Assembly (NCBI GenBank): GCA_951406725.2
Contig: OX597826.1
Span: forward strand, 41,168,001-41,232,000
DNA length: 64,000 bases
Direction: 5' to 3'
Source: Octopus vulgaris
Taxonomy: Eukaryota
Positions 25,136 through 39,062 of the stretch are shown one piece after another (position 1 is the stretch's first letter; each line of letters opens with the position of its first letter). The position numbers were made by a program, and so were the translations under genes. Below the pieces are notes generated by a model. It did not search any database. It was not told the origin of the DNA and was given only the letters and a program-made list of their open reading frames with translations.

Positions 25136-26099
25136 CATAGCTTCCCAAAGTGGGTGATTTCAGTTTAAAGGTGGGCAATGGGCTAATTTCTAGAAAATGG
25201 TGGCCAATTTGAGATTTTAGCGAGTGATATGAACATTTTGTGGGTGACAATGAATTTTTAGAAATCAAGTCTGCATTTACTAATATTTAGGTATGCCTAG
25301 AATAAGGATGCACTTTTATCGATTTGACTACTCGCATGAGATGTTCCTTGTATTTAAAACGCAGACTTGTTTATCAATCAAATATTTTTGTCACACTCAT
25401 TGAGATGGTTGTCATGCATGCTAAAAATTGCAGCCAAATAGGCCTAGGCCTTAAATCACACTCCACTACAAATATTTTTTTTTTTGGTTAATGTTAACCT
25501 TTTTTTTTTTCGGCATAATTGTATGAAGTCCCACGTGTAGAATTCAAATTCACAAAAATTTCCCCAAAACTCTGAAAAATAAAAAAGAGTTATGAGGGGT
25601 TATATGTCATGCATAATTCTGTGGTTTCATATCAAAACACAAGTGCTATTTTCAGGATGTTGACAAAATGTGCAGTCATGCACACAATGACAGCTTTGAA
25701 ATCGTGTTTCTTGACTGGGTGATTTAAGTGATCAAACTTTAAATCTCATATAAGTTTTTAAAAACATTTTTCTGGAAAAAGTTGAATAACTCCAGCAAGT
25801 TTGCTTGGAAAAGTACATTAATGTGCCAAATTTTAAAATTCTTGATAAACTTTAATTTTTGAAATGCTGGCAGGCAGATGAACTAGATCTGTATTGGCTC
25901 CAATAAAGACATGTCATCTGATTCTGCTCTATTGACTTCTTATTCTCTTTGGGAATACCATACTGCCTTTCTGATGCCATCTATAGAAATTTGTTTTCAC
26001 ATTTTCACTTTACTGATGCCTCCAGTCAAGAAAATTTGTCAACAGTACAGTAGTGATTATTTATCATTTGGATTTATTCCCCTCAGAACTGTCTGTTAC

Positions 26100-26467
26100 C
26101 AATGTGCCTTCTTTGCCATCAAACACCCGTCTAACACCCGTGGACATATTTACAAAGTCAGAAAACAGCACAGCTCCCATGACTTCAGGAAACATTTTTT
26201 CACGCTGAGAGTTGCTGAAGCATGGAACAAACTGCCGGCATCGGTTATTAGTTGTCGGAGCACTGCATCCTTCAAAACTTCTATGCTTTCTGAGATTCGC
26301 CAACACTACACCTGATTTCCTCCCCTCCATACACACACAAGCATGTATCTGACTCATACATTGTTCGCTTTCCAGACATTTCTGCATTACTGCATACACT
26401 TTATACGCACTTTCTGGCAAGTTGTGGTGCACCTGAACACTGTATACAACAATTTCATTATTATTAT
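26100..26467 (+). mobile_element. CR1-like LINE 3' end. Related tails at 28710-28888(-) and near 58900
   Basis: NTRGHIYKVRKQHSSHDFRKHFFTLRVAEAWNKLP is the CR1 C-terminal motif, followed by a 3'UTR and (ATT)n tail. Confidence 0.85.
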
Positions 26468-27459
26468 AAACAGTGACCAACAAAGCAATGAAACCTGCAT
26501 GGGCAACAGACATTAAATGATGATTGTGTCTGAATATAAAGATGAGATGGTCACAAGTGTAACCTTGATCAGAGGACGCCTGAATCATTACTGACCTGGT
26601 GTTAAAGATTTCTGATGTTCTCTGATATGAGACTAAGAAACAATGCAGATTAGCTAAGGCTGGAGGAAAATGTGTTCAACTGGTCCCTTGGATGTACAAA
26701 ATTAATTTACAGAGGACAAAATGAATTGAAATAGCAGGCAAACTATAAAGAATACTGATGTGTATAGGAGAGGCTGATGCACTGATGTGGATATGTGGTT
26801 GTTTAGGTCAAATGACTAATTTATTTTGAGAAGTCATAGGTGGTACCCCAGCATGGTCACTGTCCAATGATTGAAATAAGTAAAAGATAATGCATAAATA
26901 AATGGACTGTCGCTACAGAACCAAAAATAAAGTTAAATAAGCTAGTCTTCGATACTCTGTGTCTAGATAAAAAAAAAATTGGAAGGTCACAACTGATTTC
27001 TTTTATAGCTAAATTTTCCTTTTAAGCATACCCTGAACAAATCAAAAAAATTTTACTCAACCCAAGTAAACTAGAGCAACCAGAGTTATGTACCTTTGTC
27101 AAGAACAAAATCATCTACCGATAACATAAGAGCTATCTTAATTGCCATAAAGCTGTAAATGTTAACTGCTATATTAAATCTTATGGATATATTCATAGGT
27201 AAATAAATGTATCAAAATACATATCAGAATAGGTTGCATATGCACACCTTGTAAGAAATAAAGTGTTTTTAATTTCTTTTTCACATTAAGTGTGTGGTTT
27301 GCAGAAATATTTTGACAAAACTACATTATCCCATCATTAAACATACTATGTGCATACAAGTATTTATATATGTGTGTGTTAAATTTTGTTTGTAAACTGA
27401 TCATCAGGATGACAATTAACTTTGATGCACTGCAGTTTTGGCTTGTTTCAGATCAGGGT

Positions 27460-28710
27460 ATGTCTAATGCCTTCTTCTTGCAATAGACAACAGCAAGAGA
27501 ATTCTTAGCTCAGAGTAATCCACATAATGCACTATCTATTGATCTGAAGGAGGTCTCTGACAGGGTACCATGCTCTGTAGTCTAGTAGTCTTTTAGAAAA
27601 CAAAATGTCGATGAATAGCTTATAAGAGGTACAAGCTATTAGCAACACAAGGATTAACCATGAATTCTGTGAGAAATTTACAGTTTAAGTTGGTGTTCTT
27701 TGAAGCTCTGTTCTCAGCCTACCACTATCAATTATAGTTCTTCAGCTCACAAGAGAGGAATTTATGATCAGATCTCTGTAGGATCTGTAATATACTATAG
27801 GGTTAGTTATTATAACTGAATCTGTGGGAGATTTAGAGAAGAAGTTCCAGGCAAAACTTTGAGCCAAGAGGCCTCAGAGCAAGCTTAGCAAAGATTGAAG
27901 TTTTAATAAGTAGGAAAGAGGACTGAACCCTGCTGCATTCAGAGAAAAGGGTGAAGCTGGTGTGCAGAGGAGTGGCTGTAATTACAGTTTGGTGTACATA
28001 ATGTAAACTACAGGTGCACATTAGAAGTAGTGGGATCCCAGGCAAGTTGACAGAGAAACAAAATGTTATATATAGCAGATGCACAGGCATACTTAGTAGT
28101 TAGAACACGAGTAACATAAATTCTTTAAAATTCTTAGGTCTGTATCTCTCAAAGTTATGTTGTGTGTGTGTGTGTGTGTCCGTGCATGCATGCACACATG
28201 TTTGAGAGAGATTCTCTCTCTAAAAGTTCTTGCTTTTTGCTTTATCTGATGTTTCATTACAATTAAAGTGCAGGGGTTATCTATAAATTATATGTATGGG
28301 TTCTGTGATTTTGGGAAAAATTATTTAAGTACCTCGTGACAAAATAGGCTTAATAACCACTAGCCTAGGTGAGCAAACCAGTAGTAGAGGAGGGTAACCT
28401 GAACATATCAGAGTTAATAAGAACAGGGTGGAAAATGCTCAGGAAGCTAATAACCCCACTGGCAACAAAGAGATTCTCTTTTTGACCCAAAGACAAATTG
28501 TATGATATTTGTGTGTGATGTGATGTTGCTGCATGAGAATAAAACATGGGGCTTGATGTGGAGAATGAGCAAAGGCTGGAAAGCAAGCATGTTCCACTGG
28601 GTATGTAATGTTAGTGTATGTGAATTGATAAGGCCCTAGTGGGTATAAGAGGATTCAGCAGAACAGTGCAAGAGAGAAGACTGCACTGGTATGGACATCT
28701 TATGCACATA
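27460..28710 (+). mobile_element. Highly degenerate RTE-clade LINE RT region
   Basis: Remnant motifs (IDLKEVSDRVP, RRLHWYGH) with many stops. Similar remnants at 19380-19960(-), 21110-21560 and 33130-33800(-). Confidence 0.55.
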
Positions 28711-30955
28711 ATAATAATAATAATAATAATTGTGTACAGTGCTCAGGTGCACTACAACTCATCTAAAGTGTATATATAATCAGGTGTAGTTTCGACGGAT
28801 TTCGGGAAGCATGAGGGCCTTAAAGGATGCAGTGTCATGGCAGTCAACAACTGATGCAGGCAGTTTATTCCACGCTTCAGCAACCCTGAATGATGACAAT
28901 TAAGAAAAGAAGTGACAGGAAATCCAAGTGGAAGACCGAGGAAGAAAACATAAGCAAAAGTGGTGAAAGCTGATTTTAGGATGCTAAAGAACATGACAAA
29001 TTGCTAAAGGACATGACAAATTGTGAAATGCCTACTTTTTCTTGCAGGATTGAGTTGGGTTACCACAATCTGAACCAGTTCTTATTTGAAAATATTGCCC
29101 TCTTAGATTAGGAATCACATCTCATTCACTCATTTCATTTTGCAGCCTAATTTTTATGAGTGGTTGTCCTTCCTATCATCAACCACTTTACAAAGTGTAC
29201 TGGATACATCTTATAATGGCATCAGTACCAGAGACGTTGCCTTGTTTACAGAAAGACCAAGGAATTCTCTCTGCATTACACTATATCCACTTGTCCATTC
29301 ACTAGCATCAAAAAGTTTGTCTTATCCCTCAGAAGACCAAAGTGCGTTCCTTCATCTCCAAGTTGTCTCTGTACATTTATTTCACATCCAATAACATATC
29401 TAGATACATCACCAGAGTAATCTGTGAAGGGTCTACAGAGAAACCTTTCCCTACATTAGGCTTTATTTCAATACTTATAGGCCAACATATTCAGCTTGTT
29501 GCCAGCCAGAGGACAGGTGGTTATTGACCAGGAAGTTCTTAGTGACAGTAAAAACCACTGGGTATAGGAGCTGCCTCTGACATATTTCTATGTTTACATT
29601 AAACAATGCAAGCTGTCACTTTTCAGTCACACTACAGTGATTAACTATTTTCAAATGGGATGGTCTTGCACTGATTACCTTTCATCATCATCATCATTGT
29701 TTAACATCCGTTTTCCATCCTAGCATGGGTTGGACGATTTTGACTGAGGGCTGGCAACCAGATGGCTGCACCAGGCTCCAGTCTTGATCTGGCAGAGTTT
29801 CTACAGATTTTAAATGATGAGAATGAGAGAGGGTTAATAAGAGAATTTCAAGTCAAAGATTAGTAGTGTTTTGTAGTGAATAGAGAAGTTCATGTCCTGT
29901 AGGTTGATAGTAGGAGCAAGGTATTGTCTGATGCCAAAAGAAACTGGTCTTATTTGTTTTCTGTATTACCAGAGTGACACATTACAGAATTTAAATAAAA
30001 GAGAGTGGGGTTAAGAAAGGAGAAAAGACGCATCTCTATGAATATTTAGATAGTGATAAAGATGAATTCTTATAGATGATGCTTGGATGCCCTTTCTGTT
30101 GCCAATATTTGATACCTGGATAAGGCAGCAAGCTGGTAGAAACATTAACACACCGGGCAAAATGCTTAGCAGTATTTCATCTGTCTTTACATTCTGCCAA
30201 GATCAAGTTTGCCTTGCATCCTTGGCGGGGATAAATTTAAATTATGTACCAGTTGTGTACTGGGGTCAATCTAATCGGCTGGCTCCCTTCCCAAAAAATT
30301 TTGGGCCTTGTACCTAGAGTAGAAAAGAATATTTCATACCTGCATGCTATTTCTGTTGCCAGACTCACACACAAAGAAATCAGATTAAATATTACCACAT
30401 TTTTAAGATAGATAGCCAATCCTAGGTTAGCCAAGTCGAACTAGCTGTCTAGTTGGTTAATTAATAAGGGACTCTCCTTAATTCCAAGTTATTTTTGTAT
30501 CTGTGACTTAGCGACTTCTTCCTCTGGCTCAGAGGCATTCCACTTTGGCATTTAGCATTTTCATTACCCAACAGATTTTATGTTTGATTTGTATTCAACC
30601 AGCACTAACACCTTTTCTTAATATACAGTCAGCTGATACTTTTACTGACCAGCCACTCTTTCATCTCTCGTGTTGTTTTGAGAGCAATATTTTGTTTTAG
30701 ATTCATTTATATTTTAGTTCATTGGCATAGAGGAGTTCCTGCAGACAGCTAGTCTTAAACACTTCTGTTATGACCAGGAGAATAGGGGGCTGGGTTAGAA
30801 TTAGGTCTATATCCTAAGTTGGTCTCACCTTGCAGACATCTCTGTACATATTTACACAGCTCTTACAAACTATCTACACAAGTTTTCTTAATAACCACAC
30901 TATAGAGAGTAGTACACTGTTGAAGACCTTCTCCAAATCAGTGAATGCTTAGTGT

Positions 30956-31344
30956 GGATGGAAGCACTCCGTCGGTTCCGACGACGAGGGTTCCAGTTGA
31001 TCCGATCAACGGAACAGCCTGCTCGTGAAATTAACGTGTAAGTGGCTGAGCACTCCACAGACACGTGTACCCTTAACGTAGTTCTCGGGGATATTCAGCG
31101 TGACACAGAGAGTGACAAGGCCGGCCCTTTGAAATACAGGTACAACAGAAACAGGAAGTAAGAGAGAGAGAGAGAGTTGTGGTGAAAGAGTACAGCAGGG
31201 ATCACCACCATCCCCTGCCGGAGCCTCGTGGAGCTTTAGGTGTTTTCGCTCAATAAACACTCACAATGGCCGGTCTGGGAATCGAAATCGCGATCCTATG
31301 ACCGCGAGTCCGCTGCCCTAACCACTGGGCCATTGCGCCTCCAC
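30956..31344 (-). mobile_element. tRNA-derived SINE family A (OR1-like), young copy
   Basis: Perfect 12-bp TSD AATGCTTAGTGT at 30944-30955 and 31345-31356. Confidence 0.92.
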
Positions 31345-31602
31345 AATGCTTAGTGTAATGGGTTGCACTTTACTAAAAACAACTCCTGTAGTCACTGGTA
31401 CTCCAAGCTCCATCTTATGTAAGTTAATTTTCGTCTTAATTAATTGTGCTATATTCTTTTTGCTACCGGTCCATCTGTTTCATGCTCTTCTTATTTTCTT
31501 TCTCTCTAAGTGAACCGCTTTTGCTCTTCTAGCGGTTAATGATGATACTGCTATACCAGTAGTTTGAAATGGTCCCTTTCTAAATAACTTGATTGCCTAC
31601 AT

Positions 31603-32731
31603 CAATGGTTCTCAACCATTTCTTGCCTATGGACCTCTTTGATCGCAATTTTACTCAGATGGACCCTCAGTCATTTCATGTTTAAAATCTCACTATACTT
31701 TTGTAATTAAATATTATTAGGAATTGTATTGAAAAAATAAATATATTTGACCACAGCCATGCTGGAGCACTGCTTTGAAGGGTTTTAAGCAAACAAATCA
31801 ACCACTGGACTTCTTTTTAAAGCCTGATATTCTATCATTCCTTTTTACTGAACTGCTAAGTTACAGGGACGTAAACACATTAACACCAGTTGTCAAACAG
31901 TAAAAGGTGGACAAACACACACACATATGTGTGTGTGTGGGTGTTATTTTTTCTAATATATATATATAATAGAAAAAATAAGGTACTCAGAAATCTGGAT
32001 GGTTGTACATTTACAGATTTTTAATATGTCACATATTTTTATAAATCATATATCTTAAGAATCTACTAGAGTAGATGCAAGTGCCAATATATGATTTATA
32101 AAAACGACATATTAATAAAAATTTGTAAATGTGCAACCATCCAAGTTTCTGAGTACCTTATTTGTTCTAATATATAATACCTGTACATCACCTCCAAACC
32201 TTCTAATATATATATATATATGTAACTAATTTTTAAATATGGAGAAAAGAAGACAAGAAAAAACGTGAGGATGTAGTACATGCAAAGTATTAATGAGATG
32301 CTCAAAGAAGGAAAGAAAGAGTGGTTGTTTTACATTTCAAGCATAGTTCTTCTTCGGAAACAAGAGACATAGGAAAGTCCAACAGAAAAGGAAGCGTGAG
32401 AAAAAAATCACCAACAGCCTACATGTAGTTACATTTTCGAAATGACCAGAAATAGATGGACAAAGAGAATATGCTTTCTGGGACAGGAGAGTGTGATGAC
32501 TAGCTTCTCTCAGTTTCCATCTACCAAATCCGCTCACATGGCTCTGGTTGGCTTGAGGCTATAGAAGACACTTGTTGAAGAAGCCATGCAGTGGGACTGA
32601 ATCATGTGGTTGGGAAGCAAGCTTATTACCACACAGCCATGCCTGTGCCTATATTGTATTGTAAAAGTAAAATTAACTTGTTATTATTTTTAACAACAAA
32701 ATCTTATATGGACCCCAGTTGAGAACCACTG
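31603..32731. mobile_element. hAT (Charlie-type) MITE with nested insertions
   Basis: TIRs CAATGGTTCTCAAC and GTTGAGAACCACTG. 8-bp TSD GCCTACAT/GTCTACAT (1 mismatch). Contains a SINE B and a hairpin element. Confidence 0.75.
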
Positions 32732-32890
32732 GTCTACATGATGATTAGCCCTATTTCATCAGATGGTTTCACCATTTCACTGGCTATCCTTGAGGCCCAA
32801 CTGCTTTTGCATTTGTACCCCTATGCCTATTTCAATTGCATAGCTGTTACTTGGAATAGTCCTATTTATTCTCCTCATTCAGCACTTTAA

Positions 32891-33109
32891 CCCTTTAGTA
32901 TTTAAACCGGCCATATCCGGCCAAAATAGCTAGTCTGTTTTATGTTCAAACTGACCAGATCCAGGCTCTCACACCTACCCTACAATGTTATTCTACATTA
33001 AGTAATTACACCATCAAGATCTTGAAGATATGAGATAATGCATGATTAATTCAAATCAATGGGAATCAATAAGCATTATATTTGATAGAATAATCTGAAC
33101 ACTAAAGGG
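32891..33109. mobile_element. piggyBac-like MITE, same family as 7114-7337
   Basis: TTAA|CCCTTTAGT...ACTAAAGGG|TTAA. Confidence 0.85.
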
Positions 33110-34358
33110 TTAAGTAACACTTCCATACCTCCTTCTTTTTAGTATTAGTGAGACTTAACATTCATAACCATTTATTTAATCGATTCCTTGCCAAGTATGA
33201 AGCCTCTCTGACTTGCATGTTCATAGTTGATAATAAAAAGGTTGGCTTGTTTCTTGAAGTTAGTTTTGAAAATGGTTTGGTCATATGCATCACAAAACTC
33301 CAAGAATCTTGAACCATCTTAATTGCAAGTACCATAACCCAAACCTCTATATACACTGGAATAACCAACATAATGTAGTTCAACATACCCATTAAAGTTC
33401 CCAGCCATAGCAAATTCAGTCTTCTATCCTAGTTTGCAAGGTCTCATAGAAATGGTCCTTTTGTTAACAAATCATCTAGATTGTGGTGCATATAGAGATC
33501 CCTATTCCTGATGTCTTACCTCTGATTAGTCTTAATCATTCAGTCACATACTCTAATTACTTTATCCATTCATTATGAAACCAATAATATATTTACTTTA
33601 CCAACTCCTGCACTGTTACTCACCCAAGAGAATTTTTGCTTATGTTCCTAGTCTGTGAGCTCCTTGGGACAGGTACCCCCACCATCTTATCTCTTGGACA
33701 CAGCACTCATTTACTTCCACTCTAAAAGTCTTACAATCTCTGAAGAGTGGTAGCAACTACCAAGTTTTGCACCTGATAAGGTGAGGAGAGTTACCTAAAA
33801 GAAAATAAGCTTTGCAACTAGACTTCTGCTATTCCACAAGAGCTAAATCTTCTTGCCTCCAATTGAGAAACAAAATTTAAAATTCCCTTAATATAAATCC
33901 ATTTTGGTAAGAATTACAACAGTAAAAAAGAACCTGTTAGTTTGATTAGCATTGTGTTAGAAAATAATAACTTTGAATTCCAATGCAGTCTTACCGTTTC
34001 CAATAACTACAGCCAAATCTAGGGTGTTTTATATGAATATTAAAACTGAGCACAGTACTTTTATTAGACCTGGAAGGATTAAAGGGATGTTGACCTCGGC
34101 AAGATCTGAACTCTGAACTAAATACTGTATTTTGTCCAATGCTTTAATGATTCTACCAATTCATTGCCCAAGGTTTGGGATGGATGGCTACACATGCACA
34201 ATCTAGAATCTGAGGAATCTAGGTTCTGATCCATGTTGGCAAAGGTAAAATCCATTTTTTATGTACCGTGCACACACACATACACAGCGTGTGTGCAGGA
34301 AAGAGGGTACATAAAAATGACCAGCAAACACGACTGATTGTGTAAAACGTAGAAGTGT

Positions 34359-34393
<35 letters not shown>

Positions 34394-34793
34394 ATGTGAA
34401 AGATTGAGGTTAATCTATTGAAAATCCAAATTCTAGCAATAACTTATCTCAGAATTTTAGATATGTAATGTTAAAAGACAAACGGAGCTTTCCAAAATCA
34501 AACAACTACTAGGTGGATATGAATATGATTAAATAAACCGATTTGAAAGAACAACCATAGTTAAAGGTACAGATGCCATGTTGTTGACGATAAGGCGCAG
34601 AGGAAGCCATGGTTAAATGGTAAGGAATAGTGGCGGGGGAGGTTTGAATGAAATATATGCAATCAATTATTTTTTCAGTGGTACGTCACTCACAGACATT
34701 CTTTCTACAGCACCAACAGTTTTTATATATACACTCTTTCGCACACGAAAGGAGTACAAAAGTTATTCGCCGAGACGAAGAACGATTTTGCAA

Positions 34794-34839
<46 letters not shown>

Positions 34840-35208
34840 TTAACTAAAATATAAACGATGAGATAGAAATAATACATGACTCATATCAGGATCGGAGAAG
34901 CACTGGAATACAAATCAAACTTTAAAAAACTTTTCTTCTAGTTATAATATATATTAGTTATAACAAAATGACAACAATAATTAGAACACCTTGAATAATA
35001 AATAAATAAATAAATAAAGCGATTTTAGAATCTATTTTTCTTTTCATTCTTTTCTGACAATACAGCAAGCATGACATAAAAATACATTTAAAATAGCAAA
35101 TGTCGATAGCAACTGACTTTTAGGATTCGTTCATCATTTAACAAACATATTTTGGCTAGATAGGTGGAACCCACACAATGAAGAGCTGCTCGTTAATTAC
35201 ATTTTAAG

Positions 35209-36426
35209 TTAGAAATAATTCAGTTTTACATATTCTTTTAGGTTTGCAGGTAATGGAAGAGAATCGATAGAATGCAAGGATTTAGTTTGGCGAAGTCTGG
35301 TTCTGATGATCTGGCGACAAAGATGTCCCAGTTTTTTAGGTTTGTTTTTGGTAAATCTCACAAATGACCAGTAATCAAATACTTCATCGATTAAATTTTG
35401 AACAATGGGACAATTAGCAAAAAGATTTTTGTAGTAAACTCGACTAGTTTTTTCGAGTTTTGCCCCCCACAGCACCAATAAACGAACCACACTCTTATAG
35501 AGGTTAAGGAATTCTTCTGACGTTTGAAGAATGCTTTGGTATAGATTCATGTAGTCCTCTGTTTTCTCTAGGTCTAACGTTGCGGGTTCCACTTTATGAA
35601 CATACCTCATTTCATACATGGACAGGATACTGAGAGCGATACATAAAGGAAGCATAGACTGTTGTCGTCTTGAAGTATCGAAGTTATTTTCGAAATATAA
35701 GGAATTAGGTTCGGCTCCCATCGATAGCAACATCTCCATAATTCCAACAAATTTACATTGGTGTCCGAACAATCGAAGTTGGTCGGGATTCTGTTCCAAA
35801 CAAATGACACCATTGTCAGTCCGTAAGTACTTGACGTTGTTTCGAATCATCTTGAGACTGTGGTTTAAGGCAGTTTCCCCATTCTGGTCGCAAAGGTTTA
35901 TAAACTTTGCGGGGTAACGCCGAAGTAATCTGTCAACACAGTCTAAATCACCTCTCATGACAGATGTATGCAGAGGAATGAAGCCACTTCCAATACTTCT
36001 CTCGCACTGGTGTTTAGCGGGGGAATGTTCAATAATAATTTCCAGGGTTTCGACATCACCGAGTTCGGCGACAAGCTGGAGCGGGGAATCACCTTTAATA
36101 TCCACCATAGATAATTGCAAGTCTTTCTTTATCATGAAACTTATAAGATCACGACCTTCTCGAAGATTTATAGCTCCAGATTTCATCGAATCCAAAACGG
36201 TGTGAATAAGGCGCCCTTTCGATGTTGGAAGATTAGGGCTGCATCCATTTTCTAAGAAAATTTTAACGAGTTCTGTGTTGCCATTTTTGCAAGCCACTTC
36301 CACTGGAGCAGGTGTATTTCCAGGATTCAATGGAGTCACACTAATATCTGTTATGAAATCATTACAAAGTCTTCGCAAATCATCCGCGTCGCCATCCTGT
36401 ACGGCACGCAGCAGCTGACCATACAT
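35209..36426 (-). CDS. Ankyrin repeat and SOCS box protein (ASB-like), 405 aa, uninterrupted CDS
   Basis: Ankyrin repeats: ACKNGNTELVKIFLENG, GDSPLQLVAELGDVETL, GFIPLHTSVMRGDLDCVDRLL, NGETALN. C-terminal SOCS box: PKKLGHLCRQIIRTRL...IDSLPLPANLKEYV (BC box plus LPLP Cullin-5 box). Confidence 0.93.
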   Translation of the reverse strand: MYGQLLRAVQDGDADDLRRLCNDFITDISVTPLNPGNTPAPVEVACKNGNTELVKIFLENGCSPNLPTSKGRLIHTVLDSMKSGAINLREGRDLISFMIKKDLQLSMVDIKGDSPLQLVAELGDVETLEIIIEHSPAKHQCERSIGSGFIPLHTSVMRGDLDCVDRLLRRYPAKFINLCDQNGETALNHSLKMIRNNVKYLRTDNGVICLEQNPDQLRLFGHQCKFVGIMEMLLSMGAEPNSLYFENNFDTSRRQQSMLPLCIALSILSMYEMRYVHKVEPATLDLEKTEDYMNLYQSILQTSEEFLNLYKSVVRLLVLWGAKLEKTSRVYYKNLFANCPIVQNLIDEVFDYWSFVRFTKNKPKKLGHLCRQIIRTRLRQTKSLHSIDSLPLPANLKEYVKLNYF

Positions 36427-36995
36427 TTTCGTTCTAGAGAACCGTTGTTGCCTCCTCCCTGCTCTAGGAATCTGTCTGCAGACTGGTACTATGGCTTGGT
36501 ACTCGGCTAATTTACTTGCTGCTTACTAACAACCATAATATAAACATTAAGTGGCTGTCAGCCGCTGCTATAATAAAACTTCTCCACCACTGCTTCTCAT
36601 TATCCGCTAACCGACAGCAAAATCAGAAAATAAACAATATGAATGGCACCAAAAGCGAACAGTTTGCCTCCAAAGTCATCGGAAAAGTATGTGTAAGTGG
36701 AAGAATTAGGTTCTGAATAAACTTTTCTACTGAACATTTTTTTCTTTTTTCTTTTTCTTGAGTTGTTCACTTGTGAAATCTTCTTCATGTGTCTTCACAG
36801 AATCACAGACATTCCCTTCCTTCAACCTTCACATATTTCATGATTTCTAATCATACTTTCGTATTTTTGTCACGGAGCCATAAATACATTTTAACAACTT
36901 CCTTCAACAAATTTCTGACAAGGTATGAAACTAATATTAAAAATAACTAAATTATCAAAAATTTATTTTATTCTATTTAAAAAAAACCCCCACTA

Positions 36996-37029
<34 letters not shown>

Positions 37030-39014
37030 GTAATAATAATAATAATAATAATAATTTAAAGCGCATTGCTTCATGTCGGAAGAAATTTATAAACAAAACA
37101 ATTATTTCTTTTTCTTTACATTTACGGCTTGAGAATCAAAACGGAAGATTTTCTTTTAATGATGGGCAGGAAAGGAATGGAGACATAATATTTATGCCTT
37201 CCCCATAAATATTTAAGAAAAGAGGTGATATGTTAATCGGTTCCAGTTAGATATCGAAACCTAGTCAAGGATTTTTCAGTTGGACCAATGGTTTTTAATT
37301 CCTATGCGATATTCCACTACATCTAGACACAAATACACACACACTCACACACACACATCTCATTCACATATTAAAGAATCGCAATCAATTAGAATCCAAT
37401 AAATAATTTTTGAAATTATTCTGTTTTAAGCCATTTTTGCTAAAACTTGGCACCACCAACGTAAGAAACAAAATTGTTGCAGACCCAAAATTATGTCGAT
37501 GTTCTTTGAAACGGAAGTGAATGTTTGAGTAAACGCAAAGCTTCGAGGTTTGGCAACAAGCATCGACAAACATTGGCAGTGAACAACAAAAAACAAATAA
37601 AATAAATAAAAAAATAGATCACGCAGAAATCGATTCACATAATCGATGATAATAAAACAAGAGTTATCTTATTTTGCTATCATGCTGATATTTAACAAAT
37701 ACATCGAGTAAATCAGTTGTTGGTGAAGGTTTCCTCATTTTCGTCTCTGGCAAAATTTTATGGCTCCAGTTTACAACAAGAGAAATAATAATAATAATAA
37801 TAATAAAGAAAGTAAAAACGAACAACACACCGTCGCCATTATCCATTCATTACATTTAATACACATCAAATACTATAGAGGGTGGGGAATGTCTCAAGGA
37901 TTAACCAGGTGAATATCGGTCTAGACTGTTTGTGTAAAAATGTACCTCGGTTGTTGTTACTGTGTTGTCTAGTTTCCTACCACACCCTTAGGTCAGCTCT
38001 GATTATGCTGGATTATTTCGTCAAAATTCCTCCCAGTTGTAACTATCTGTCTTTTTGATTTTTTTCAGACATATACTAATTAAAATCCTATTACGCAATG
38101 TCCCACCCCAACCGTTTTTTTTTAGACAGTAAGGTGTAGTTTGAGGGGGGAGTTTAACTGCTATTTCTAGCATATTAGGTGACCCTCTACAAGATCTTCC
38201 GTGGGTGGTAAACGAGAATTTAACAGGATTCTTTACCGTAGATTGTAGGGAATTATGAGAATCGTTGTTGTTATTGCTTAGTTCGAGTTTGGCCTTCATC
38301 GAGCAAATCTTTGCTAGAAGACACTCCAACTGTGGCTACCTTGTCTTCTTGTTCCTTTTGGAGTATTGTATACCTTGGAATATCTTCTCTAGTGTATCTT
38401 TTTTTTAAGACAATAAGGTGTAATTCGCTCCTTGTGGAGAATCGCTCATCGGCTCATATGCATGTATCCCTCAGAGCATTATATTTGAAGAATTAGCACC
38501 ATCTTTGTTAGGGACAATGTCCTTGCTTCTTTGGACCCTCAGCTCCTGATGAAGTTGTAGGGACACTGTCATAACGTAGGGAAGCATATTTCCCAATGAC
38601 CTACAGTAAAGAATTCTGCTAAGGAATTTTTTACCTCCCACCCACATTTATACCATCTCTCCCTGTCTACAGTATAGGATTTACTTAACTTTTTATTTGT
38701 AGGGCCATGAGGAATCCTTTATATTAGTGGACCCCAACTAGTTTTGCATCACAGAACTACTTCCTGCAAGACAATGTTCTATTGATATGGGGATCATGTA
38801 TATAACAAAACCTAATGCATATTTCATCATCATCATCATCATTTTTAACGTTTGTTTTCCTTGCTGGCATGGGTTGGACTAAAAATTGCTAGCAGGCAGC
38901 TACAGAGAATATATATAATAAATATTTTTACATATATAATACATACTTACATACACTAATATATGTTTGTTTTCTACATCACCTGTCTTCATCTTTTATT
39001 TTTTTGTGAACTCT

Positions 39015-39060
<46 letters not shown>

Positions 39061-39062
<2 letters not shown>

